64,000 nucleotides of DNA from Oscillospiraceae bacterium (lineage in GTDB: Bacteria; Bacillota; Clostridia; Oscillospirales; JAVBQB01), in NCBI GenBank assembly GCA_031549265.1, contig JAVBQB010000001.1:20027-84026 (forward strand), written 5' to 3'. A model generated the notes under the pieces. That model saw nothing but the letters and a program-made list of their open reading frames with translations, ran no database searches and was not told where the DNA came from. Made by a program: the position numbers and the translations under genes. Each line of letters starts with the position of its first letter. Position 1 is the stretch's first letter. This document shows, piece after piece, positions 1 to 9,005 of the stretch.

Positions 1-325
1 GCAGCACATAATCGGGCTGAGATTCGCCCTCAATCTCGATGGACGCGGCGCTGATCTCAAAAGGCTGTTTGGCCTCGGGAGTGAGAACTACCCTGCCGCA
101 GACAACCAGCGCGGCGCCCACATTCTGCTCGGCGGCGTCTGCCAATCCAGGAACTGAAAGATCAACGGTAATCTGGACGCTGCGAACGGTTGAACCGTCG
201 TTAAGCTCGATAAAGCACATTGATTTGAGCTTGCGCGTTGTGCGCACCCAGCCGCGCAATATGATGTCGCGTTGACTGAACGTTTGCGGTGACAGAAATA
301 TCTCTTTAGCAGTTGTAACTAGCAT
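1..325 (-). CDS. asnS: Asparagine--tRNA ligase, 5' part (runs off window start)
   Basis: Manual translation from ATG at 325 (RBS GAGG): MLVTTAKEIFLSP...LRGWVRTTRKLKSMCFIELNDGS...GAALVVCGRVVLTPEAKQPFEI, typical of the AsnRS OB-fold N-terminus. Confidence 0.85.
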   Translation of the reverse strand, partial: MLVTTAKEIFLSPQTFSQRDIILRGWVRTTRKLKSMCFIELNDGSTVRSVQITVDLSVPGLADAAEQNVGAALVVCGRVVLTPEAKQPFEISAASIEIEGESQPDYVL

Positions 326-339
326 GTTAACCTCAAAAT

Positions 340-365
340 TATGAATCCATGCGTATGGATTCATA
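340..365. repeat. Perfect 11-bp inverted repeat TATGAATCCAT-gcgt-ATGGATTCATA
   Basis: Seen directly, just upstream of the asnS RBS; could be a hairpin or an operator. Confidence 0.6.
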
Positions 366-475
366 GCTTAATAATGCAGCCAGTGCATTTGAAATAGTGT
401 GAGACGGCGCATTATCACGCTAAAGCACACTAGATCATATCATAGCTTTCCTTATTTGTACATTCCAAATGCATA

Positions 476-1846
476 TTAACTGAAAATTATTCGCATTGCC
501 TCGCTGATATTTGACGCGCCGATAAGCTCGATGCCGGATACGCTTTTGACCTTGTCCAGGCTCCGTTTTGGCAGGATGCACCTCGCAAAGCCCAGCCTGC
601 GGATCTCTTCTATCCGCTGCTCAGCGGCGGGGACGGGACGCAATTCGCCGGTCAGCCCGATTTCGCCGAATGCCGCGAGGTCATCAGAAATCGGTTTGTC
701 CTTGAAGCTCGAAGCAATCGCCAAAGCGGTCGGCAGGTCGGCGGCAGGTTCATCCAGTTTGAGGCCGCTGACCACGCTGATGTACGCGTCACAGCTTCCG
801 GTGAACAGCCCTGCCCTTTTCTCCAGCACCGCGAGAAGCAGCATGGCCCGGTTATAATCTATGCCCGCAGTCATGCGCCTCGGCGTGCCAAATACGGTGT
901 TTGTAATCAGCGCCTGTATCTCGGCGAGCAGCGGCCGGGAACCTTCCATCGAGCAGGCGACGCATGTGCCGGAGACACCGGTCGGCCTGTTTGACAGCAG
1001 CATTTCGGACGGGTTGTGAACTTCCACCAGTCCGTTGCCGCTCATCTCAAAAACGCCGATTTCGTTGGTGGATCCGTATCTGTTTTTGCTGGCTCTGAGT
1101 ATGCGGTAGGCGAAATTGCGGTCGCCCTCAAAGCATAGAACGCAGTCCACCATATGCTCAAGCACTTTCGGGCCGGCGATAGCGCCCTCCTTGTTAACGT
1201 GGCCGATAACAAAAACGGTGATTCCCAGCCCCTTCGACATCTGCATCAGCGCCAGAGTGCATTCGCGTACCTGAGTGACGCTGCCCGCTACTGATTGAAC
1301 ATCGGGCATGCTCATTGTCTGTATGGAGTCAATAATAACGAAATCGGGCGCGGCTCCGCCGGCATACTCAATCACCGACTGCATATCGGTGTCGCAGAGC
1401 ACACTGATTCCGCCGGTGTTAATGTCCAGCCTGCGCGCTCTCAGTTTCAGCTGGCTTGCCGACTCCTCGCCTGAGACATACAACACTTGTTTATCGGCGC
1501 TAAGCACCCCGCAAAGCTGCATGAGTAAAGTTGACTTGCCGATTCCGGGTTCACCGCCGACAAGCACAAGCGAGCCCTTGACCATCCCGCCGCCCAGCAC
1601 GCGATCGAGTTCGGATATTCCGGTAGCTGTTCTGATGTCCTCGTGATCGACTTCGTCAATGAGCACGGGGGCCTGGCGGAAGGTGCGGCGGGCGGACGCG
1701 GATCCGCCTTTTTTTTGAGGTTTGCCCTCCACCGATTCGGAATCGGTCATGGAGTTCCAGCTGCCGCACGCGGGACAGCATCCCACCCACTTTGAGGTTT
1801 CGTGCCCGCAGTCGGAGCAGAAAAAGATTGTCTTATGTGCTTTCAT
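476..1846 (-). CDS. radA: DNA repair protein RadA/Sms
   Basis: N-terminal C4 zinc finger, Walker A GEPGIGKST, KNRYG motif, Lon-like C-terminus. Confidence 0.97.
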   Translation of the reverse strand: MKAHKTIFFCSDCGHETSKWVGCCPACGSWNSMTDSESVEGKPQKKGGSASARRTFRQAPVLIDEVDHEDIRTATGISELDRVLGGGMVKGSLVLVGGEPGIGKSTLLMQLCGVLSADKQVLYVSGEESASQLKLRARRLDINTGGISVLCDTDMQSVIEYAGGAAPDFVIIDSIQTMSMPDVQSVAGSVTQVRECTLALMQMSKGLGITVFVIGHVNKEGAIAGPKVLEHMVDCVLCFEGDRNFAYRILRASKNRYGSTNEIGVFEMSGNGLVEVHNPSEMLLSNRPTGVSGTCVACSMEGSRPLLAEIQALITNTVFGTPRRMTAGIDYNRAMLLLAVLEKRAGLFTGSCDAYISVVSGLKLDEPAADLPTALAIASSFKDKPISDDLAAFGEIGLTGELRPVPAAEQRIEEIRRLGFARCILPKRSLDKVKSVSGIELIGASNISEAMRIIFS

Positions 1847-1862
1847 ATATTTCTCCGGGAAA

Positions 1863-2576
1863 TTAATCCGAGTTGATGAATACCGATGCCATTGCCGCCG
1901 CTAGTTTGATTTGGTGCGCTGGCGTCTGAAGCAGCGCGCACTCGCGCTCGTTTGACAAGAATCCGCACTCAATCAGAACTGCAGGGTTTGTGACCTTGTT
2001 CAGCAGGTAAACCGAGTTCGGCGCTTTGGCTGCTTTTCGCTGTTTTTCCGGTTTCAGCATATTATTAAGCGCGGTTTGGATGCTCTCGCCGAGAAGTTTG
2101 CTTTCGGCGTTGTTTGTAAAGAACACCTGCGCGCCATAATACTTGGTTTCGGGGAAGAAATTCTGATGTATGCTGACAAGCACGGCGTCCTGCAATGAGT
2201 TTACGAGACGGACGCGGTTTTTAAGGTCGGAGACTTTCTTCTGGCGAATGGATTCAGCCGAGCTGTCGTGTATCGAAATATCTGCGTCGCGTATCATCTG
2301 CGTTTTGACGCCGAACAGAGTCAGTATCAAATCAAGCCGGTGCGCTACACTCAAATTGATATCGCTTTCGCGGACGCCGGACGCGGACGATGCGCCGCCG
2401 TCTTCCCCGCCGTGCCCCGGATCAATAACGATGACGGCGGCACTGGGCTGCATGGGGGACAAAGCGTGCGCGGCTTGTTCTGCCTCGGGCAGCAGATTGG
2501 ATAAACAAGCGGTAAGTGCAACGAAAGCAACCAGCGAAGTGATAACGAATAAATCCTTTGAAAACAGTTTTTTCAT
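1863..2576 (-). CDS. cwlD: N-acetylmuramoyl-L-alanine amidase, CwlD-like (spore cortex)
   Basis: N-terminal TM/signal, IDPGHGGEDGGA, SIHQN, LIECGFLSN motifs. Confidence 0.8.
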   Translation of the reverse strand: MKKLFSKDLFVITSLVAFVALTACLSNLLPEAEQAAHALSPMQPSAAVIVIDPGHGGEDGGASSASGVRESDINLSVAHRLDLILTLFGVKTQMIRDADISIHDSSAESIRQKKVSDLKNRVRLVNSLQDAVLVSIHQNFFPETKYYGAQVFFTNNAESKLLGESIQTALNNMLKPEKQRKAAKAPNSVYLLNKVTNPAVLIECGFLSNERECALLQTPAHQIKLAAAMASVFINSD

Positions 2577-2789
2577 AATTTACCCCTCCTACACTAATAG
2601 ATATAGTCAGGTCAGGATAAATAGACATGTAATAGCGTAACTCCCGGTATTTTATCATTATTCTCGCAGCGGGACAAGACAGCAAAACTTTTTATTGCGC
2701 CGGTTTTGACCGAATAATAGACCACAGCTTGGAAAACATCGGATATATTGCGAGAATCGTCAAAACCCTGCCAAACAGTTGATTTACAT

Positions 2790-2812
2790 TTACTAATAAT
2801 TCACATAATATG
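2790..2812 (+). promoter_or_regulatory. Possible mother-cell (SigE/SigK-type) promoter for the cotJ operon
   Basis: CATAATAT -10-like box at 2804-2811, upstream of RBS AAGGAGG; weak motif match only. Confidence 0.3.
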
Positions 2813-2856
2813 AAGCGAGAGATACCTTTTCAGCATAATCGATAAGGAGGCAAGTA

Positions 2857-3318
2857 ATGGACTCGTTCATAAAAAGTGTGCCAACGAGCACTGACATCAC
2901 ATCGTCCGGATCGCTTCCGGCAAAAGCGCCGCTCGGATCGGCATATGTTCCGTTTCAAAACAGCGGCGACAAAATGTATAAGCAGGGAGTGGCGCTGAAC
3001 CGCGGGACACTGTACCCCTCGCTGGATTTCCCGTTTAAACACTTCGTTAACACTGGTGAACTGCCACCCACCCCGAAAACCGAGCTTATGGCAATGGACT
3101 TTGCCCTGGGTGAGCTCGGTCTTTATCTGGATACTCATCCAGGAGATACCGAAGCTGTCGAAGTCTTCAATACATATCTAAAAATGTATGACGAGCTTAG
3201 GCGCAGATACGAGCAAATGTACGGCCCGATGACCAACCGCTCGCATATCCCAAGCAAGTATTACGACTGGATCAAGTCGCCGTGGCCGTGGGATCCATCG
3301 GATAGCAAGGAGGACTGA
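2857..3318 (+). CDS. cotJB: Fused spore coat protein CotJA-CotJB
   Basis: N-half AYVPFQ...ALNRGTLYPSLDFPF is CotJA-like; C-half DFALGELGLYLDTHP...YGPMT...WIKSPWPW is CotJB-like. Confidence 0.85.
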   Translation: MDSFIKSVPTSTDITSSGSLPAKAPLGSAYVPFQNSGDKMYKQGVALNRGTLYPSLDFPFKHFVNTGELPPTPKTELMAMDFALGELGLYLDTHPGDTEAVEVFNTYLKMYDELRRRYEQMYGPMTNRSHIPSKYYDWIKSPWPWDPSDSKED

Positions 3319-3320
3319 CC

Positions 3321-3419
3321 ATGTTTGTGTATGAAAAAAAGCTGCAGTATCCTATCAAGATCAAAAACCCCAATCCCCGACTAGCCAAATACATAATCAC
3401 CCAGTACGGAGGACCGGAT
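3321..3419 (+). CDS. cotJC: cotJC fragment 1 of 3 (codons 1-33), interrupted; unrearranged frame stops at 3431
   Basis: RBS AAGGAGG; MFVYEKKLQYPIKIKNPNPRLAKYIITQYGGPD matches the CotJC N-terminus; immediately after cotJB. Confidence 0.92.
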
Positions 3420-3485
3420 TCCTTTAGGTAATGCTGGATATCTGGCGTCCATTGTCGCGGGGAATTAAAAGACATGCCGAGGATT

Positions 3486-4934
3486 CTACTGTTTCAGCTC
3501 GACTTGGAGCGTTTGTTCCTGTTTGTTAAAGACGATCCGCCTGATCAGGAAATGCGCCGTTTTATATTTCAGGCCTATATCGGTATCGGCGTCATTTAGC
3601 AAGTGGAAAACACTATCATAGCTTAAAAATCGGTAGACGCTGTCTGAGTTTTTTATTGGCGATTGGTCAAAGCGCCGCAGTTGCCCGGCTGCCTTTTGTC
3701 TATCGGATTCCAGCTTTATCTTGTTTAGTTTGTACTCGTCCAGAGTATCCGCTCCGTTAACGTACGCTTCGTAAATTCTGGATTCTTTTACTTTAAGCTT
3801 TTCCAATTGACCTCGGAGCAGCTCGCGCTCGTCCTGAGCGGTCTTGTCAGCTTCCTGGGGAACGATGCGCAATTCAATTCTCTCGTCAGGAAAAGAGTCT
3901 CTGATCGCTTCCGATACCAGCGCTTCCATTCTCGCGATCGATATCAATTGGCTTGCCTTGCACTTTCCCTTTGAATACCCGTTACACTGCAAATACGACG
4001 ACTGAGAGACAACGAGGGACTTGCCGCAATTGCCGCAGACGGCCAATCCGGTAAGCCATGTTTTGATTATTGTTGTTGACCTCTGCCGGTATCCATAAAG
4101 CTCTTTGGTCTGCAGAATCATATCCTGCGCCTTGTTCCACAGCTCAATGTCAATCAGCGGCTCGTGGTCAGAGTCTGTTACAATTGAATCCGGATGGCTG
4201 AAATTCCGTCTTGCTTTGCCTGTCGGCGTCCATCGGGCTTTGCCTATGTAGACCGGATTATTCAAAATGTAATCGATCGTTCTGTTTTCAAATGGCGATC
4301 CTCTTTTAGATTTTACACCCAAGTCGTTCATATGGCAAGCAAGTTGCCGCATGTTCATTTCCTGATTTGCGTACTTCTCAAAAATATATTTAACGAATAT
4401 GGCTTCTTCTTGAACAACTTCGAGTTTGCCGTTCGCAATTACATATCCAAATGGAGCGCACGTCTGGTATTCTCCCCTGTTGGCTTTTTCAGTCATCCCT
4501 TTCTTAACTTCATCTGCGAGATTTAATGAGTAGTATTCTGCCATTGCTTCGAGCATGGCTTCAAGAATAACGGAAAACTTATCGCTTTCGATGGTTTCAG
4601 TAATCGAAAGAACCTTGACGTCGGCTTGCTTTTTGAGCAGAGATTTGTATACGACGCTGTCTTCTCTTGATCTCGCAAACCGGTCGAATTTATGTACGAG
4701 AATAATGTCAAACGGTTTAGGTTTTAACTTCGCAGCCGCGATCATTTTCATAAACGCCGGACGCGTCTCCGCCCTTTTTCCCGAGATGCCCTCGTCGACA
4801 TAGACGTGTTGATCCGATAAATAAATATCATTCTTTTTTGCATACTCTTTTAGTGCCTTGAGCTGCGCGTCAGGCGAAAATTCGGTTTGATCGTCAGTTG
4901 ATACCCTGATATAACAAGCGCCGTTTTGCCTCAC
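3486..4934 (-). CDS. Large serine recombinase (SpoIVCA/CisA-like) of element 1
   Basis: YIRVST catalytic motif, DRFARS, recombinase domain, CGNCG...C...C zinc ribbon, coiled coil; probable GTG start at 4934 after AGGAAAGG (ORF track extends to 5003). Confidence 0.93.
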   Translation of the reverse strand: MRQNGACYIRVSTDDQTEFSPDAQLKALKEYAKKNDIYLSDQHVYVDEGISGKRAETRPAFMKMIAAAKLKPKPFDIILVHKFDRFARSREDSVVYKSLLKKQADVKVLSITETIESDKFSVILEAMLEAMAEYYSLNLADEVKKGMTEKANRGEYQTCAPFGYVIANGKLEVVQEEAIFVKYIFEKYANQEMNMRQLACHMNDLGVKSKRGSPFENRTIDYILNNPVYIGKARWTPTGKARRNFSHPDSIVTDSDHEPLIDIELWNKAQDMILQTKELYGYRQRSTTIIKTWLTGLAVCGNCGKSLVVSQSSYLQCNGYSKGKCKASQLISIARMEALVSEAIRDSFPDERIELRIVPQEADKTAQDERELLRGQLEKLKVKESRIYEAYVNGADTLDEYKLNKIKLESDRQKAAGQLRRFDQSPIKNSDSVYRFLSYDSVFHLLNDADTDIGLKYKTAHFLIRRIVFNKQEQTLQVELKQ

Positions 4935-5109
4935 ACAAACACGACCTTTCCTAAATTGCCGCAATTCAAACTGCGTTGAATTATCTGAATTCGTTTTTAA
5001 CAATTTATTATGTCGGCGCTTGTCCTATTACTGAGCATATGAATAATTTGACGCAAAAGCTTGCAGCGTTTCGGCAGCTAAATTAGATAGTAATCCGATA
5101 CAAATTAAC

Positions 5110-5154
5110 GCGGACATGCCCGATGGCTTATATTCAAGCCGTCAGCATGTCCGC
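5110..5154 (-). terminator. Stem-loop between permease and recombinase
   Basis: GCGGACATGC...GCATGTCCGC inverted repeat. Confidence 0.55.
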
Positions 5155-5198
5155 AATTCGTGCTGCTAAAAAGTTTTTATCAAACGATCAGTTTCTGA

Positions 5199-6650
5199 TC
5201 AGGACGCCTCTTTTTTAGGTTGGTTCGAAGACTGAGAAGCCGAGGATTTTGCCGTGTTGACTTTCTTGCAGTAGAACCAGAGGGGGATGAACAGGAAGAG
5301 GATTACAACGCCGATTACCGCGTTATACCACTCATAGCTGACTGTATTGATCATCATAAGACCAATGAAGTATAACGGGAGATTCAAAATACCGAATATT
5401 AGCGCAACTGTTTTCCAGCCCTTCGGCGCTTTATAATAATCAATCGACGGATTGGGATTGGTCTTCCAGTCGCGGGCTGATTTAACGTAGGCAAACAGCG
5501 ATATTCCGTTGGCGACAACATAACCGAGTGAGGATGCGGCGAGGATAGATCCCGGAGTGCCAAGCCAAATCAGGCCGAAGTTCAGAATAGAGATAGTAAT
5601 CATAGCGACAACGGGGACATCATGTTTGTTTTTCTTGCCGAAGAATTTGGGAAGATTTCCTTCATCCGCCATGCCCGACATAGCGCTGGAAGCGCCGAGC
5701 ATCGCCGTTTGAATTATCAGAACCATCGCCGCAATCAGCATGATCGCAGCAACTATGCCGCCGATCTTACCCATTGTGAGCTCGGCCATAGCGCGCATCG
5801 GATCTGAAAAGTTCTGAGCGATTCCGGCCATGCCCAAGGAACCTGCGCACGCAGTCTGGACGAGAAGATAAGTAACAATACAAACTATTCCGCACGCAAA
5901 CAGTGCTTTGGGAATGTCTTTTCTCGGGTTTTTGTACAGCGGAGCGTAAATTGCAGCTGTTTCCCAACCGCAGGCGCACCACTGCGCCATAGCGAGGATA
6001 CCGAAGAACAGGATACCGCCGTTAAAGTCCCAGGTGTATGTCGAGGGCATAAAGTCATTGACAATTCTGCCGAAATCGAAATCGCCTGTGAAGAAAACTG
6101 CCAAAGAAATAACGACCAGAGGAATGAGCGAAAGCGACGCGAGAATATATCCTAACAGCGCGCCGCCGGTAAGACCTTTGAGATTAATGAGAATAAGCAA
6201 TGCAAAAATTACTAGTCCAGCGCCTGCTGAAATCACAACTAACGGAACGTTCGCGAGTGCCGGAACGATGCCCTGGAGATATCCGCCGATTGTCAGTGAA
6301 AAAACAGCGAGAACCGGGTTCCATGCAAACCAGTATCCCCACGCGCTGAAGGCGCCGACAAACTTGCTGAAACCGTATTCTTTGCCGCCCTTTTTACTTT
6401 TGAATACAGCTTGCGCGAAGCCGGGAAGACCTGAAACGTTTGGATACTTGGACGCTAATTCGCCGTAAGCGAAGTTTTGAGCAAATCCCTGTATGTTTGA
6501 GAACAGCCAGATGATAATGGCAAAAGCGCCGAGATAGCCGGAGAAAGTGCTTATCATTGGCAGAATCAAGACAGGGACGCCGAGAGAAATAGAGAAGCCT
6601 TGTTTCCAGGAAAGAGTTCTTGCAGGAGCTGCAACTTCAGAATTTGACAT
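5199..6650 (-). CDS. APC-family amino acid/amine permease (element 1 cargo)
   Basis: About 12 hydrophobic segments, AYGELA...SG, GWETAA motifs; ATG at 6650 after GGAGG. Confidence 0.85.
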   Translation of the reverse strand: MSNSEVAAPARTLSWKQGFSISLGVPVLILPMISTFSGYLGAFAIIIWLFSNIQGFAQNFAYGELASKYPNVSGLPGFAQAVFKSKKGGKEYGFSKFVGAFSAWGYWFAWNPVLAVFSLTIGGYLQGIVPALANVPLVVISAGAGLVIFALLILINLKGLTGGALLGYILASLSLIPLVVISLAVFFTGDFDFGRIVNDFMPSTYTWDFNGGILFFGILAMAQWCACGWETAAIYAPLYKNPRKDIPKALFACGIVCIVTYLLVQTACAGSLGMAGIAQNFSDPMRAMAELTMGKIGGIVAAIMLIAAMVLIIQTAMLGASSAMSGMADEGNLPKFFGKKNKHDVPVVAMITISILNFGLIWLGTPGSILAASSLGYVVANGISLFAYVKSARDWKTNPNPSIDYYKAPKGWKTVALIFGILNLPLYFIGLMMINTVSYEWYNAVIGVVILFLFIPLWFYCKKVNTAKSSASQSSNQPKKEAS

Positions 6651-7287
6651 GTGTAAACTCAACCTCCAAAATTTCAGGGTTCACTGCGTCGTTTCGGTGG
6701 CACGACCAGATTCGACACATTTATGCCTATATATACAATAATCTAAAATCATTTATTGTCAATTGGAAAAAATCATTATTATATATTAAATTTCTTAAAA
6801 ATGAGTAAATCATTAGCTAAATCTAAAGAATTTTTTCAACTATAGTAAAAATTTATCCAAAATAACACTGCTAAATAGAAATAAAATGTATAATTACAAT
6901 ATTTATAAATATAGTTAATAAATGTTAATTTTATTGCAAAATTGTGCGCAAATCAGAAAAGATCATTTCACCTGATATTTCTAAAAAGAATACATAATTG
7001 CAATATAATTTACAAAATATTAATATATTTATGTCCAAAATATTAATAATACGCCCAGATAGTGAACATGGTAATTGTTGCGAATAATTAGAAAATATTA
7101 GACAAAATAATTGAGCGAAACCATTTTGGCCTCGCTCAAATCCGGCAATTCTCACTATTTAGAACATGTAAGCCTTAGAACCGGTGAGTTGGACAATTGA
7201 ACCAATTCTGACAAAATGTCACTGCGGCTTGCTCTCGGGCGTATGTTTTAACATAACCTCAAATACCTTGTATAGAGGTGAGGTAAG

Positions 7288-7419
7288 ATGCCTGATAAAC
7301 CTGCGATTAAGGTAATTATTATCAACAAGCCTACAGGTGAGAAACGTCGCGAAATGACAAAAGAGTTGGTCGATTTTTTGGCCAAAACATGGCACATGGC
7401 TGTAAACAAGAATAAATGA
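7288..7419 (+). CDS. Small basic protein (43 aa), candidate recombination directionality factor
   Basis: RBS GAGGTGAGG; MPDKPAIKVIIINKPTGEKRREMTKELVDFLAKTWHMAVNKNK; below the ORF-track size cutoff. Confidence 0.55.
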   Translation: MPDKPAIKVIIINKPTGEKRREMTKELVDFLAKTWHMAVNKNK

Positions 7420-7478
7420 ATGTCACTACTTTGCTCCAATGCCGGCAAAACTGTTTTGCGTCATACCTCCGGGAGTCT

Positions 7479-7587
7479 GGAGGACCAGATGGAGAGCTCG
7501 GGGCATCCATACGCTATCTCAGTCAAAGGTACACGATGCCTTATCCCGAGCTGAAAGGTCTTCTTACTGATATCGGAACCGAGGAAT
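7479..7587 (+). CDS. cotJC: cotJC fragment 2 of 3 (about codons 30-65)
   Basis: GGPDGELGASIRYLSQRYTMPYPELKGLLTDIGTEE is the CotJC/Mn-catalase middle segment. Confidence 0.92.
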
Positions 7588-7610
7588 GCGCGCCGCTTTG
7601 ATGTCAATGA

Positions 7611-9005
7611 TCACGGCGCAGCAGACTTTCTCTGCCGGTCGAGAACGCTCGCTGCCGATTTGAGCGCTGCGGCGGCGACCGGGGCCGCAACTCCGCTTCC
7701 CGACCCCCCGTTTTCAACTATGACTGCGAACGCGAGCGGATAATCTTCGTTTTGCACAAAACCTGCAAACCAGGCGTGAGGTTTCTTATCTTTGCCGACT
7801 TCGGCAGTGCCGGATTTCGCGCAGACTTTCAGTTTGCCGAACTGTTTGTCTCCGTAGTTGTTTTTAACGTTGTCACGCATAAGCGCGGCCAGGGTCTCGC
7901 AGGTACCGGCGCTGAACATCCGCTGGCTCATTTGAGTGTTGCCGCCGCGAATAACGAATCCTGTATCAGTGGTCACATCATGTAGTAAATAGGGGCTCGC
8001 AGCCTGGCCCTTGTTGGCGATCGAGCCCATGATGAGCATCATATGGCATGGGTTGGCAAGGTCGGTATATTGTCCAATCCCCGCCCATGCAAGATCCGCG
8101 TCATTCACGCCGCTGACGTCAAATTTGCTTTGACTCAGCCGAATCTCGTCGGCTCTGAGTCTGGTGTTGAATCCGGCGGCTTCGGCGGCGGCAGTAAGTT
8201 TCTGCGCGCCGACTCTCAGAGATATTTGGGCGAACGCGGTGTTGCATGATACGGTCAGCGCCTGACCAAACGTCAGATGTCCGTGTTTTTTAGGACAGGT
8301 TATCTTGTCTCCGTTGTAATCGGTGCTGCCGGTACATTCAAAGGTTTCGTTCAGCAGCTCGGGCTGCGAATCAATCGCCGCCGCGGCGGTAATTACCTTG
8401 AAAACCGAGCCGGGAGTATAGACAGAAGAAAAGAACCGGTTAATGAACATGCCTTCATACTTGTCTTTGTTGTTGTCGGTCAATTTTGGCGGATTGTCGG
8501 GATCGAAAGCGGGCGAACTCGCGATCAGCAGTATTTCGCCGGTCATATAATTGTATACGCCTACCGTTCCGCGGTTTTTGCCGAGAGCCTTCAGCGCGTC
8601 GGCACTGGCGGAAGCGCTGATCGTCAGCTTGAGGTCGTATCCGCCATCACCGCCGACGCCGGTTAGAATATTGTATCCGACCAGCTCGTCCCGAAACACA
8701 CGCTGCACGCTGGAGGCAATGTTGCCCTGCCTGTCGCCTACCACATGTACGGTGGCTTCGCGGATAGACTGCTTGGCGTTGTATTTGCGCTTGCCGTCAA
8801 CAGTTTCGGCGAGAATCAGGCCGTCAGCGTCAATTACCCGTCCGGCGTCGGTAATCACACCTTTTCTGTATACATGCTGGTTCGAGGGGTGCGTGACCCA
8901 CTCCGGCGCGTTTGATAGATAATCAAACAAAAAGAATGTCAGTCCCGCGCAAAAAAAGGCGGCAAGCACCATTACGCATATCGACCGTCTTGAGAGAGTC
9001 TTCAT
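7611..9005 (-). CDS. Class B penicillin-binding protein (transpeptidase, PbpA-like)
   Basis: PGSVFK (SxxK), SCN (SxN), KSGTAE motifs; N-terminal TM. Confidence 0.92.
   Translation of the reverse strand: MKTLSRRSICVMVLAAFFCAGLTFFLFDYLSNAPEWVTHPSNQHVYRKGVITDAGRVIDADGLILAETVDGKRKYNAKQSIREATVHVVGDRQGNIASSVQRVFRDELVGYNILTGVGGDGGYDLKLTISASASADALKALGKNRGTVGVYNYMTGEILLIASSPAFDPDNPPKLTDNNKDKYEGMFINRFFSSVYTPGSVFKVITAAAAIDSQPELLNETFECTGSTDYNGDKITCPKKHGHLTFGQALTVSCNTAFAQISLRVGAQKLTAAAEAAGFNTRLRADEIRLSQSKFDVSGVNDADLAWAGIGQYTDLANPCHMMLIMGSIANKGQAASPYLLHDVTTDTGFVIRGGNTQMSQRMFSAGTCETLAALMRDNVKNNYGDKQFGKLKVCAKSGTAEVGKDKKPHAWFAGFVQNEDYPLAFAVIVENGGSGSGVAAPVAAAALKSAASVLDRQRKSAAP

Larger units (their letters stand above)
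3413..7483. mobile_element. cotJC-intervening element 1 (4,071 bp, skin-like, serine recombinase)
   Basis: Bounded by direct repeat GGAGGACC(G/A)GAT at 3408-3419 and 7479-7490; encodes a recombinase, a permease and a small ORF. Confidence 0.88.

Noticed and set aside
6698-6715. TGGCACG as a sigma-54 promoter
   Set aside because: There is no -12 TTGC box and it is on the wrong strand for the permease.
6720-7160. AT-rich tract as a replication origin for the excised circle
   Set aside because: I saw no iterons, DnaA-box cluster or rep gene.
7416-7601. 61-aa ORF as an independent gene
   Set aside because: Only 7479-7587 is CotJC-like; the remainder is element-end sequence read in frame.
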